Virus record (IMG/VR): IMGVR_UViG_3300027967_000093
Direction: 5' to 3' (one strand)
Source of the DNA: a virus
DNA: 64,000 nucleotides
The notes below the pieces were generated by a model. That model had not been told where the DNA came from, ran no database searches, and was given only the letters and a program-made list of their open reading frames with translations. Of the stretch, positions 9,061-17,811 are shown one piece after another (the stretch's first letter is position 1; every line of letters begins with the position of its first letter). The position numbers were made by a program, and so were the translations under genes.

Positions 9061-9135
9061 TGTTTGCTGATATAATTTCTCTTGCCATATTCGGTGCACT
9101 TATGGTAATATGGTGGGAGATAAAGGGGAAAGGAG

Positions 9136-9327
9136 ATGACGAATAAAAAGAAACTTGGTTTAGGTAAGACTAATCCGGTCGCTAAGTTCCAACGGAAATA
9201 CAATAAGGCCGTGGTTCATCAAGACCGCAAAAAAGAATTGAAAAAGACTGGAAATGATAAGGGTCGCCGTTATTGTGTTGATGAAGACTTCTATGATTCC
9301 GCAGGAGGAGATTATGAACATTTTTAA
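9136..9327 (+). CDS. Small basic phage protein
   Basis: NPVAK....NKAVVHQDRKK motif; strong RBS; possible promoter TTGCCA(9082)..TAATAT(9106). Confidence 0.55.
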   Translation: MTNKKKLGLGKTNPVAKFQRKYNKAVVHQDRKKELKKTGNDKGRRYCVDEDFYDSAGGDYEHF

Positions 9328-9817
9328 ACTTGATGAGAGTCCGATACTCTCTGCTCAGTTTCAATGCGATAAACACGTGGTTAAGATGCCACTAGAGTCT
9401 GCACAGATGTTGTGTACTGTTCACCGTCTACTTGATGGTGACGAGGGTAACGAAGAACTGTACAAAGTTGCGCATCCCAAACATCCGTCTACTCTGTGGA
9501 CGATGGAAACTATTGCAAACTATCATTGGCACTACACCCACTGGGTTGCGCTGTGTAAGGAGTACACCCATAGGTATGGTAAGGTGCACCTATCGTTTCA
9601 AAAGTTCGGAGAACGACTCAAGGAACATCCTAAGAACATTCCTATGGGTACCCTGACACCTTTCCGTCTTGCAATGGGTTCTAATCCTGAGTGTATGTTC
9701 CCTGAGAATCCGGTCAAGTCCTACCGTGCATACTACAAAACAAAACAAGAACGTTTTGATATGAAGTGGACTAAACGAAATATTCCAAATTGGTTCTTGA
9801 CAAATGAGGCGGCATGA
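9314..9817 (+). CDS. Pyrimidine dimer DNA glycosylase / endonuclease V family
   Basis: MNIF.LD...SAQ..CDKHVVKMPLESAQML, HP...W, EYTHRYGK.H; GGAGGAG RBS. Confidence 0.75.
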   Translation: MNIFKLDESPILSAQFQCDKHVVKMPLESAQMLCTVHRLLDGDEGNEELYKVAHPKHPSTLWTMETIANYHWHYTHWVALCKEYTHRYGKVHLSFQKFGERLKEHPKNIPMGTLTPFRLAMGSNPECMFPENPVKSYRAYYKTKQERFDMKWTKRNIPNWFLTNEAA

Positions 9818-9825
9818 TATATAAT
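9797..9825 (+). promoter_or_regulatory. Consensus sigma70 promoter
   Basis: TTGACA-17 bp-TATAAT. Confidence 0.75.
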
Positions 9826-9954
9826 GAATAAACGATTGAGGTACCAGATGATTCGAAGTGCACAACAAAGAATTCAAAGTCAACGTAGAATGCACCGCAT
9901 TAATACCTTGTTTGAAAAAGAAGTAGATAACATTAACGGAGGAGTAGACCCATT

Positions 9955-10272
9955 ATGTACACAGAAAAAGAATTCAAAGAACACGTTGAAGTAGCCAAAC
10001 GTGTATTGAAAGACACGTATGTGAGTAATATCATTTACGTACAGGAACGCATCAAAGATGGTGCGGATGAAGCGGAAATCAAAAACATCGAAGAGTTAAT
10101 CATTGCAAATGAACGCATGATTGTTTATTTCGATGAGGGTGATGACTGGGTGAAAGAATTACATGAACAAGCAAAGGGGAATAGTGATGGAACAAGTGAT
10201 GACGGAAGTAACGAATGGTCAGGAGATGACGAAGCAGCAGTTACTCGAATCGAAGAAGCAAGGAATAGTTGA
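9955..10272 (+). CDS. Acidic hypothetical protein
   Basis: GGAGGAG RBS, 105 aa. Confidence 0.55.
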   Translation: MYTEKEFKEHVEVAKRVLKDTYVSNIIYVQERIKDGADEAEIKNIEELIIANERMIVYFDEGDDWVKELHEQAKGNSDGTSDDGSNEWSGDDEAAVTRIEEARNS

Positions 10273-10501
10273 GGCCTTAAAGGAAGGTAAGGTTCATCTT
10301 CAATTCAAAAAAGTGAATGGTGACTTGCGTAATATGGTCGCGACATTAAATGTTGACTATATACCAGAGAGTGACATTCCCGAGAAAGGTAAGGAACGAG
10401 TTTCCAACGAAGAGATTGTAGTACTCTACGACCTCGAAGTAAAAGGTTGGCGTTCATTCCGTACCGAAAACCTTATTGAATATCGGTGTGACAAATGGTA
10501 G
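10187..10501 (+). CDS. WYL_2/Sm-like SH3 barrel protein
   Basis: FKKVNGDLR.M.ATL...YDLEVKGWRSFR motif. Confidence 0.7.
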   Translation: MEQVMTEVTNGQEMTKQQLLESKKQGIVEALKEGKVHLQFKKVNGDLRNMVATLNVDYIPESDIPEKGKERVSNEEIVVLYDLEVKGWRSFRTENLIEYRCDKW

Positions 10502-11064
10502 CAAAACGTAAACGTAAACCAATGTCAGAGGAACAACGTGCTGCTGCGGTCGAAAGACTCGCAAAGGCACGTGAAGCCCGAGGACACGATGGTTCCGCTT
10601 CGGTTCATCCAGATCTATTAAACATGGATGAAGATCATCCTGTCCATTGGAAGAAAGTTCGACAGTGGGTAAAGGAAGTCGGAGAAGAACTCCGTGCGAA
10701 AAAGAATCAACGTCTGTCTAAGGACTCTAAGGAAAGACAAGAGTACCAGATATTGGAAGTTTACCTAGGCAACATGAAACGATATCTTGATAGTAGTATT
10801 TGGTTAGACCACCGATATGGTCGTCATCGTGAGGGTTTAACTAAAACCGTGGTCACTAGTATCGCATACTATCCAAATGGTCGTCCTAAGAGAGTTGTAG
10901 GAAATTACTATAAAGATATCGGTGAATATACAATGGAGATGAAAGAATATGACGACAGAGTTTACGGTACCGACACAAACGCCCGAAGAGTCGACAGAGA
11001 CATTCATGAACAAGAAACGGTTCTCGAAGATGGTGGAGAGAACAGTGAGGAGTTCGGGTCTTAA
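10495..11064 (+). CDS. Conserved hypothetical protein upstream of gp33
   Basis: KPMSEEQRAAAVERLAKAREAR; 189 aa. Confidence 0.6.
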   Translation: MVAKRKRKPMSEEQRAAAVERLAKAREARGHDGSASVHPDLLNMDEDHPVHWKKVRQWVKEVGEELRAKKNQRLSKDSKERQEYQILEVYLGNMKRYLDSSIWLDHRYGRHREGLTKTVVTSIAYYPNGRPKRVVGNYYKDIGEYTMEMKEYDDRVYGTDTNARRVDRDIHEQETVLEDGGENSEEFGS

Positions 11065-11215
11065 CTACATGGATTCAATTGTGCATCTATGTGAAAAGAA
11101 TAATATGGAAGTTGAAGATGTCAAGAAGTATTTGACAAATTCGATTATAGATTGTTTAGAATCTGAAGCAATGAATCTGAACTTTCTAGTCAAGGGTAAC
11201 ACATTGGATGTGTAA
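10949..11215 (+). CDS. 33: Late transcription coactivator gp33
   Basis: FSKMVE..V...LNYMDSIVHLCEKN..E.E.V.K......LE.EA..LNFL. Confidence 0.8.
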   Translation: MTTEFTVPTQTPEESTETFMNKKRFSKMVERTVRSSGLNYMDSIVHLCEKNNMEVEDVKKYLTNSIIDCLESEAMNLNFLVKGNTLDV

Positions 11216-11222
11216 TTACCAC

Positions 11223-11251
11223 TTGACAAATGTTATAAATAGTGTTACTAT
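11223..11251 (+). promoter_or_regulatory. Nested early (TTGACA-17-TACTAT) and late (TATAAATA 11234-11241) promoters for gp32
   Basis: Late consensus lies within the sigma70 spacer. Confidence 0.7.
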
Positions 11252-11316
11252 ATAATGGTATTCTTGAAATACAATTGTTAATAAACTGCATACGCTGAAC
11301 ATACTGGAGAAAACAT

Positions 11317-12237
11317 ATGTCTTTTGCAAATCTAAAAAGTCGCTCTGCCGACATCTCAAAACTTGTATCTGCCGCTCAAGAAGCATCTGGTGCAACTACC
11401 AAAACCAACAAATACGATGACGAACGTAAATGGAAACCTACTGTTGATGATAACGGTAATGGTTATGCCATCATTCGTTTCCTTCCTGCGACCGAAGGTA
11501 TGGACATGCCTTGGGCACGTTATTGGGATCACGGATTCAAAGGCCCTCAAGGTCAATGGTACATCGAGAAATCTTTGACTACCATCGGTCAGAAAGATCC
11601 TGTGTCCGAACTGAACTCACGTCTGTGGAACTCAGGTATCGAAGACGACAAAGAGACTGCACGTAAACAGAAACGCCGTTTACACTATGTGTCGAATATC
11701 TTGGTTGTTAACGACCCAGCTAACCCTTCGAATAATGGTAAAGTATTCTACTACGAATACGGTAAGAAAATCTTTGACAAAATCATGGATTTGATGCAAC
11801 CACAATTCCCAGGCGAAGAACCTGTCAATCCATTTGATTTCTGGAAGGGTGCTGACTTTGAACTGAAGATTCGTAATGTTGCGGGTTATCGTAACTATGA
11901 TAAGTCGGAGTTCAAGTCCGTTTCTGCATTATATGAAGCGGATGAGACTCGTCTCGAAGCAACATACAATCAGATGCACGACCTCAATGAGTTCGTTGAC
12001 CCTGCTAACTTCAAGTCATACGAAGAGTTAGAAGGTCGTCTACAACTAGTATTGGGTACTGCGGTAGGTCATAACGTCACTCAACGTAATGAGGCACTCA
12101 CACAGACTGCTGAATCAAACGTTGGACGTTCTGCTCCTGAACCTGAGATTGTCTCTGCACCTGCACCTAGTGTTGGTGCTGCGGATGAAGAGGATGACAC
12201 CCTGTCCTACTTTGCCAAGATGGCTCAAGAAGACTAA
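11317..12237 (+). CDS. 32: Single-stranded DNA-binding protein gp32
   Basis: DERKWKP...GNGYAIIRFLP, HGFKGP.GQWYIE, YGKKIFDKI, NPFDFWKGADF, acidic tail LSYFAKMA. Confidence 0.95.
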   Translation: MSFANLKSRSADISKLVSAAQEASGATTKTNKYDDERKWKPTVDDNGNGYAIIRFLPATEGMDMPWARYWDHGFKGPQGQWYIEKSLTTIGQKDPVSELNSRLWNSGIEDDKETARKQKRRLHYVSNILVVNDPANPSNNGKVFYYEYGKKIFDKIMDLMQPQFPGEEPVNPFDFWKGADFELKIRNVAGYRNYDKSEFKSVSALYEADETRLEATYNQMHDLNEFVDPANFKSYEELEGRLQLVLGTAVGHNVTQRNEALTQTAESNVGRSAPEPEIVSAPAPSVGAADEEDDTLSYFAKMAQED

Positions 12238-12242
12238 TCAAG

Positions 12243-12266
12243 AAGGGGACGCAAGTCCCCTTTTTT
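12243..12266 (+). terminator. Rho-independent (probably bidirectional) terminator
   Basis: AAGGGGAC-GCAA-GTCCCCTT followed by a T run, between convergent genes. Confidence 0.85.
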
Positions 12267-12269
12267 ATG

Positions 12270-14417
12270 TTACATTGCGTAGTGATAAGTTCTATCGTTG
12301 TTATCAACAGTCGGTAGGTTACTGTCTATAATCGCAGCAGTCGACTGACTATTGTTAGTGACGTTTGATTGAGACGGTGCACTAATAACAACCGGAGAAC
12401 CACCCTTCGCAAGGTTCTTAGACATTTCATCTAATTCAGCACCACGATTTGATTTATCAGTACCAATACCTTCTCTCTTACGGAAGTCTTCTAACATCCT
12501 TTCGTTGATTCCTAACAGAAATCTTGCACCGTCTTCTTCTAACGAGGAGTGACCTGATTCTTCTAGTGCTGAAAGTTCTGATTTTGAGTCAGCGACACGT
12601 TGAAGAAGTTCGGCCTCGGTATACTTTCTACCCAACAACTCTTCATCTGATTCAAGAGCGGACTGTTTTCCTTTTACCTGACCATTATCGGTTTCCTTCG
12701 TCTTGCTATCGATCGCACCATCAATCTCGTTGTCGATGTCACCGGCAGTCTCTTTCTTAACTTCTTTGGGAGGAGGAACAGGTGCATCCACAAACTCATA
12801 CAGTGCATTTGGTACAACTTTTGCTAATATACTATCGGGGTCTGGTAGTAGAGACCGGACAAAATCTTTCATTTTCTGTGCAGCCATAGACGCAAAGTCA
12901 CCGAGACCACTAAACATGTCACCAATGTCAAAACCTTCTAGTAAAGACATCAAACCATCCATCGCCTTTGCAGGTAGTGTCTTGACCCAATCGATAACCT
13001 TGTTCATCTCGTCCGAGAAACTAAAACTCTCGAGAGACTTCTGCATATCAGTGGCACCGAATAACCCCAGTAATCCACTGAGTCCAGTCTTCATTAAGTC
13101 AAGGAATCCTGCATATAGTTTTAATGGAATAGTGTAAACAAACTCTATCAATCCACCAAAACTAAATCCACCTTCGAAAGGTTTCATGATGTTAGCAAAG
13201 ATGTTCTTGAGGTTGTAGACGATACCATCGGTAAACCCTACAAAGAAGTCTGATATACCATCACCAATCTTTTGGATGATTCCAGAAAAACTAAACGAGT
13301 CAAGAGCCTTAGAGAAGTTCTCGAATCCGAGTTTACCTGCAATCCACGAAATCAAATCTTTGATTAGGTCGAGTGGCATACCTATAAGTCCCTTCACAAC
13401 ACCTGTGAAGATACCTACGAAACCACCAACCAGTTTATTAAAGAAACCTTCCTGACGTTTCGCACCTGCAAACATACCCTTGATACCATCGATGAGACCC
13501 ATGATGATAGTAAGAGGGAATGCAACAAAACGACCGATGAATTTAAACGCACCGAAGAACTTACCTAAAGCTTTACCTAACTTAGATGTAGATTCCCCAA
13601 CACCACGGATACCCCTCATGAAGTTCTGGAATGGTTTAATTAACTTTTCACTGAATAAGTTTTTAAGTCCTTTGAATGCATCCATTTCTTTAAATGAAAC
13701 GAAGTTTACCGCAATTGATTGGACAACCTTAAATGCCTTAACTATACTAGAGACACCTTGACCAACTGTTCGGAAAAGTTTTTCAAAACCATTCAGTGAA
13801 CGAAATGTACCATTCACAGACCTAGACAATCCCTTAACACCGTTCATACCAGCCTTAAACGAATTTGTTAGGTTGGTGAATATACGGGTGACATTCTTAT
13901 TGAATTTAGTAAAGGTATCTTTTATAAAGGTTGACACCTTTCCGGCAACTCCTTCTAGAGGAGAGAAGATATTCTTCAGTCCTTTGATTGCCTTAGAATT
14001 CATCAACTTTTTAACTTGACTATTAATCACAGAACGTAGACTAGCAGTGGCAAACTTAATCATGTTGCCGATACCCGCTGCGATACCAACCACAAAACCT
14101 GCAAGTGACGCACCTATACCAGCAACTATCTGAAGGATACCTTTTAGTTCAAAACCATCATCCTTCTCTGGACTTTCTGGTTTTGTTTTATCGGGGGCAG
14201 AAGCACCAGACTTACCGGATTCTCTACGTTGTTCTTCGGCATCTTTAACGCCGTCAGAACGCATACCTCGGAATTCTTCCAGAAGTTGACCCACAGTCTT
14301 TGTAAGTTCCTGTGAGTTCTTTGTCTGTGTCTTTTGCTCATCGAAATTCGCGCTATGATACTGTGAGTTTTCATACCGCAATCTTTCTATCGCATCGAAT
14401 AGTTGTACTTCTGCCAT
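12270..14417 (-). CDS. 29: Tape measure / baseplate hub protein (gp29-like)
   Basis: 715 aa helical, G/F/A-rich hydrophobic middle, low-complexity C-terminus; follows gp26-like gene. Confidence 0.6.
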   Translation of the reverse strand: MAEVQLFDAIERLRYENSQYHSANFDEQKTQTKNSQELTKTVGQLLEEFRGMRSDGVKDAEEQRRESGKSGASAPDKTKPESPEKDDGFELKGILQIVAGIGASLAGFVVGIAAGIGNMIKFATASLRSVINSQVKKLMNSKAIKGLKNIFSPLEGVAGKVSTFIKDTFTKFNKNVTRIFTNLTNSFKAGMNGVKGLSRSVNGTFRSLNGFEKLFRTVGQGVSSIVKAFKVVQSIAVNFVSFKEMDAFKGLKNLFSEKLIKPFQNFMRGIRGVGESTSKLGKALGKFFGAFKFIGRFVAFPLTIIMGLIDGIKGMFAGAKRQEGFFNKLVGGFVGIFTGVVKGLIGMPLDLIKDLISWIAGKLGFENFSKALDSFSFSGIIQKIGDGISDFFVGFTDGIVYNLKNIFANIMKPFEGGFSFGGLIEFVYTIPLKLYAGFLDLMKTGLSGLLGLFGATDMQKSLESFSFSDEMNKVIDWVKTLPAKAMDGLMSLLEGFDIGDMFSGLGDFASMAAQKMKDFVRSLLPDPDSILAKVVPNALYEFVDAPVPPPKEVKKETAGDIDNEIDGAIDSKTKETDNGQVKGKQSALESDEELLGRKYTEAELLQRVADSKSELSALEESGHSSLEEDGARFLLGINERMLEDFRKREGIGTDKSNRGAELDEMSKNLAKGGSPVVISAPSQSNVTNNSQSTAAIIDSNLPTVDNNDRTYHYAM

Positions 14418-14423
14418 TTTAGT

Positions 14424-14618
14424 TTATCCGTGATTCATTTGTTCTTGTTTTATACGGTCGTTTTCTTCCTTCACATAATCAATTAACATACTAACGTAAA
14501 TCTCCCTTTCCCACGGCATCATCATGTCTAGTTCTGTCAGACTGTAATGATGATGTTGCATTAACGAAAAATTGGTCTTATAATGATTGACCAAATTATC
14601 GTGAGAAAGGTTTATGAT
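14424..14618 (-). CDS. Small 'gp51-like' hub assembly ORF, probably translated as a -1 frameshift extension of gp26 (not in ORF track)
   Basis: LSHDNLVNHYKTNFSLMQHHHYSLTELDMMMPWEREIYVSMLIDY; no ATG or RBS before the conserved part; begins at slippery T-TTT-TTA. Confidence 0.7.
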   Translation of the reverse strand: MINLSHDNLVNHYKTNFSLMQHHHYSLTELDMMMPWEREIYVSMLIDYVKEENDRIKQEQMNHG

Positions 14619-15316
14619 AAAAAATCGCTAATCCCTTTCAAGGTTGTTGAGTTCGGGTGATTACACTTCTCGCAGTCAAACTCCACATCTTTATTCAGTG
14701 AAGGCATGTCCTGCAAGAACTCTGACACCTTTTTAAACTGGTCGGTCGTCATCTGTTCGATGAAGTCCATAAGTTCTTCTTTCTTAACATCCCGTGTGTC
14801 GATACGTTCATCTTCAGTAAGGATGGCTGCAATTGATTGACCTAACATTTCAAAACCAAGTTCGGTTTCATTACCTTCTAAGTCCATACCAATAACTGTT
14901 GCGTATGTCGGGTACTTCATCTCCACACTAATACTCGGAGTCAATTCAATGATGTTAGAGACCTCCGGAATATCAACGTGAATCTCTGATAGTACGATGT
15001 CATTCTCGTTCTTGTGTCCGCACCCACTGCATGGGATAAGAATAGTTGCGACTTCACCTACTGACTTCGAACGTACCTGAGTGAATAGGAACTCGATATC
15101 AAAGGTACTAAATTCTTTAATGTTGATATCTTCGGTGATACATGCCTGTAGGGTATCTACAATCGCACCCAGTGCTGCCTTTTGGTCACCTGTTTCAAAC
15201 GCAATCATCAACACCTTTTCTTCTTTCACCAAGTACGGACGGTAGGTGACTGTTTCACCTGTCGAAGGTACTTTGGTACTATAACTCGGTGCTGAATTTA
15301 ACTTAGGTAATGCCAT
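14612..15316 (-). CDS. 26: Baseplate hub assembly protein gp26-like
   Basis: MALPKL..P.Y...VPSTG..V.YRPYLVKEEK, FDIEFLF..VRSKSVGE, two CxxC motifs. Confidence 0.85.
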   Translation of the reverse strand: MALPKLNSAPSYSTKVPSTGETVTYRPYLVKEEKVLMIAFETGDQKAALGAIVDTLQACITEDINIKEFSTFDIEFLFTQVRSKSVGEVATILIPCSGCGHKNENDIVLSEIHVDIPEVSNIIELTPSISVEMKYPTYATVIGMDLEGNETELGFEMLGQSIAAILTEDERIDTRDVKKEELMDFIEQMTTDQFKKVSEFLQDMPSLNKDVEFDCEKCNHPNSTTLKGISDFLS

Positions 15317-15331
15317 GATATTCTCCAATAA

Positions 15332-16069
15332 TTAACTTAATAAATTTCCAAGTAATCCTGCACCCGTTCCAAGAATAGAACGAGCGGTGGATTCATTTTG
15401 GTTTGTAAACTTCCCAACTTCACTTTCCCAATCGGTGAATGATAATTGTACTGTCAACTCCATCAAACCTTCTTGTGCATTACCCAACGCTTGGTCATTC
15501 AATGTGGTCGGATAACACTCTTGTAATCTACAAGTAAAGGTTTTCTGTTTGTCGATTTGTCCACCGAAGTCTATCTCACCTTGAGATAAATCCACCGGCC
15601 CCAAATCTGGGAGTCTGTTCTTAATAAAACTCGGAACTTTGTCCAAGAATTTTAGTTGTTTCTTATATACCCCAAATCTAATTCCACGTTCTACTGTGGA
15701 GATTGTTACAGGATATGTATACTCATCGAAATAACCGACTTCTTTGGTGACAGGGTTATGCGCCTCTGCTTGCCATGCTTCGAAGTACTGACGAACTATG
15801 TGGTTATTTGCGACTAAGAAAGTGAGAGATATGTCAGTAGTCGCAAAACCACTCGCAATCTTACGCATGGTCGTTCCTATCTGATAGTCCTGAGACATTA
15901 TCTGTCGGCCAGGAAGTGCAGCAGTAGTACACATTAGGTTCAACTCATTTGCATCTACCTGATATGTTCTTAACTGGGGCAACTGAATCATAAACTGATT
16001 CGCCATTGCCATACCACCTGACTGCGATAACTGAGACTTTAAGTCTTCTATTCCGAACCCTGCACTCAT
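15332..16069 (-). CDS. 54: Tail tube initiator / tube-like protein (gp54-like)
   Basis: GG.A.ANQF, C..AALPG, YPTT, TVQLSF.DW: gp19/gp54 family pattern. Confidence 0.6.
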   Translation of the reverse strand: MSAGFGIEDLKSQLSQSGGMAMANQFMIQLPQLRTYQVDANELNLMCTTAALPGRQIMSQDYQIGTTMRKIASGFATTDISLTFLVANNHIVRQYFEAWQAEAHNPVTKEVGYFDEYTYPVTISTVERGIRFGVYKKQLKFLDKVPSFIKNRLPDLGPVDLSQGEIDFGGQIDKQKTFTCRLQECYPTTLNDQALGNAQEGLMELTVQLSFTDWESEVGKFTNQNESTARSILGTGAGLLGNLLS

Positions 16070-16650
16070 CGTATCATGTTCCTACTGTCGTAATAAACTT
16101 TATAATTGTTTGCCTTGCGGAACTGTGCGGTTGGTAGGAATACTGCAATCTCCCACTCGGGTGCTGGCACTTCTGCAAAACTACTTTGTACCTGACTAGA
16201 GAGGTAGTGTTTGATACATGGTTTAAAGTATCGTAACTTTGAACTCTTCTGCAACATACGATACGTCAGAGCAAACTTCGCATCTTCGGTCATCTTACTA
16301 CCCTGTATATCCATCAAGTTTGAGAAGAATTGTAATCTCAATCTAGGAGGTAGGTAGTGTAGATTCAATCCTAAGAATCCACCCTTCGCAGGGCCAATCA
16401 CAATAACCAAAGGAAACGCATCGTAGTACGGTAGTTTGTCTTTATGTTTCGGGTCGTAAGAGAACATGTACATACCACCAATAACCTGTGTCTTCCGATT
16501 CTTGATGGGGTCTTCTTTCATTAGTTTATCGCGGTCAATCGAACGCATGTTCTTTGCTTTCGCTTGGAACCATTTACGTGACTCTTCGGTGCGTGGTGTA
16601 ATACCCGCACGGAATGCCTGTCGTTCTAACCTGTTAAAGATGTCTGACAT
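16066..16650 (-). CDS. 2: DNA end protector gp2
   Basis: GGMYMFSYDPKHKDKLPYYDAFPL, GLNLHYLPP, W.IA.FLPTAQF. Confidence 0.9.
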   Translation of the reverse strand: MSDIFNRLERQAFRAGITPRTEESRKWFQAKAKNMRSIDRDKLMKEDPIKNRKTQVIGGMYMFSYDPKHKDKLPYYDAFPLVIVIGPAKGGFLGLNLHYLPPRLRLQFFSNLMDIQGSKMTEDAKFALTYRMLQKSSKLRYFKPCIKHYLSSQVQSSFAEVPAPEWEIAVFLPTAQFRKANNYKVYYDSRNMIR

Positions 16651-16675
16651 CTACCTTCCTCTAATTCTCTTCCTT

Positions 16676-16683
16676 TATTTATA
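16676..16683 (-). promoter_or_regulatory. Late promoter for the gp2-gp54-gp26-gp29 operon
   Basis: TATTTATA on + strand overlapping the sulfotransferase stop. Confidence 0.7.
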
Positions 16684-17260
16684 ATGTTTTTCCAACGTGT
16701 CCCCAATGTTTTTCGTTGAGGAAAAAGTCGGGTTTAAGGAAGTTGATGAAGGTTTCAATCGAATCCTTTTCAATATCATACTGTAGGAATTTATCGTTGT
16801 TTTTAAAATAACTTAATACATTACTATGGTGTTCGTCTCGGTCTTTCTCGAACCAATCTATCATTTCATCATCGTTCAGACCCCAGTATTGTTTGCACCG
16901 TTCAATATATGCGCCTTTCTTATGTCTTTTCTTACTCAATAACCAGTCATACATGTTTCTTGTTTGTAAAATAAAATATGCATCTGGATACTCTTGGTGA
17001 AGTTCACGGTAGAACTTGACACCATCAATCCACATATTCTCTCGGTGCCAGAACATATCACTGTATGCATGTGCATCGTCCATCTTGTGGAGTATGGGGT
17101 AGAAGTTATTGACATTCTCTAACATTTGGTCTGCAAGTATTACTGCCCGTCCATCCCATGCACAACTGTAGTGATGAGAGACATAACCAGACTTCTTGAA
17201 CAACTGGTGAAATGATTTGGTGGCACACCTGTTCATACCGATAAAAAAGACTTTCTTCAC
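16679..17260 (-). CDS. Sulfotransferase family protein
   Basis: KVFFIGMNRCATKS (5'-PSB-like), YPDAYFILQTR...WL.S (3'-PB-like). Confidence 0.7.
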   Translation of the reverse strand: MKKVFFIGMNRCATKSFHQLFKKSGYVSHHYSCAWDGRAVILADQMLENVNNFYPILHKMDDAHAYSDMFWHRENMWIDGVKFYRELHQEYPDAYFILQTRNMYDWLLSKKRHKKGAYIERCKQYWGLNDDEMIDWFEKDRDEHHSNVLSYFKNNDKFLQYDIEKDSIETFINFLKPDFFLNEKHWGHVGKTL

Positions 17261-17766
17261 TTCTTAGGTTTCCTGTAGGGTTTCATTTTCTTCAAGGGTT
17301 TAAATTGTTTTTTACCGAGTGGCTTCGGAAGTATTCCTAGACTTCTTAATTCTTTTTCTGTCCATATCTCGAAGTGCCATCCTCGGTCTGCAACATACTT
17401 CTCGGTTGCATTCCATTTACTCATGTTCTTTATATAGGTCATTGTTTCGGTAAGTACTTGTCGTCTCGGTCTACCAACACCGGACTTAGGTTTTACCGTT
17501 TCTTTGTGTGGTTTGACCTCAATCAATACAGTACGGCCGTCTTTGTACTTGACCATAAAATCCATAAAGTATCTGTGTGGTCTTTTGTCTGTCTCGCATA
17601 TATAAGGTATAACAATCTCTTCACTAACCCAACCAACAACATTAGGGTTGTCGTCTAAGTATATACAGACCGACCTTTCCCACCCCGAACGATATACAAC
17701 ATTCTTGGGGTCACCAAGATACTTGGATTCATTCCTAACTTTGTATTTTCCTTTGTAAGTTTTCAT
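17257..17766 (-). CDS. 4: Head completion nuclease gp4
   Basis: YKGKY...N..KY.GDP..VVYRS.WE, SEE.VIPY, HRYFMDF, LIEVKP; true start MKTYKG at 17766. Confidence 0.9.
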   Translation of the reverse strand: MKTYKGKYKVRNESKYLGDPKNVVYRSGWERSVCIYLDDNPNVVGWVSEEIVIPYICETDKRPHRYFMDFMVKYKDGRTVLIEVKPHKETVKPKSGVGRPRRQVLTETMTYIKNMSKWNATEKYVADRGWHFEIWTEKELRSLGILPKPLGKKQFKPLKKMKPYRKPKK

Positions 17767-17800
17767 ATAAATAGTTCTAAAGAATTTACACCTATTTATG
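17766..17800. promoter_or_regulatory. Face-to-face late promoters for divergent gp4 and gp48
   Basis: TATAAATA (+) at 17766-17773 and CATAAATA (-) at 17793-17800. Confidence 0.65.
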
Positions 17801-17811
17801 GACTTAGTTAA

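Noticed and set aside
9824-9994. Possible 56-aa ORF MNKRLRYQMIRSAQQR...
   Set aside because: Its ATG overlaps the -10 box, there is no RBS, and no motif was recognised; it cannot be supported, though it is not excluded.
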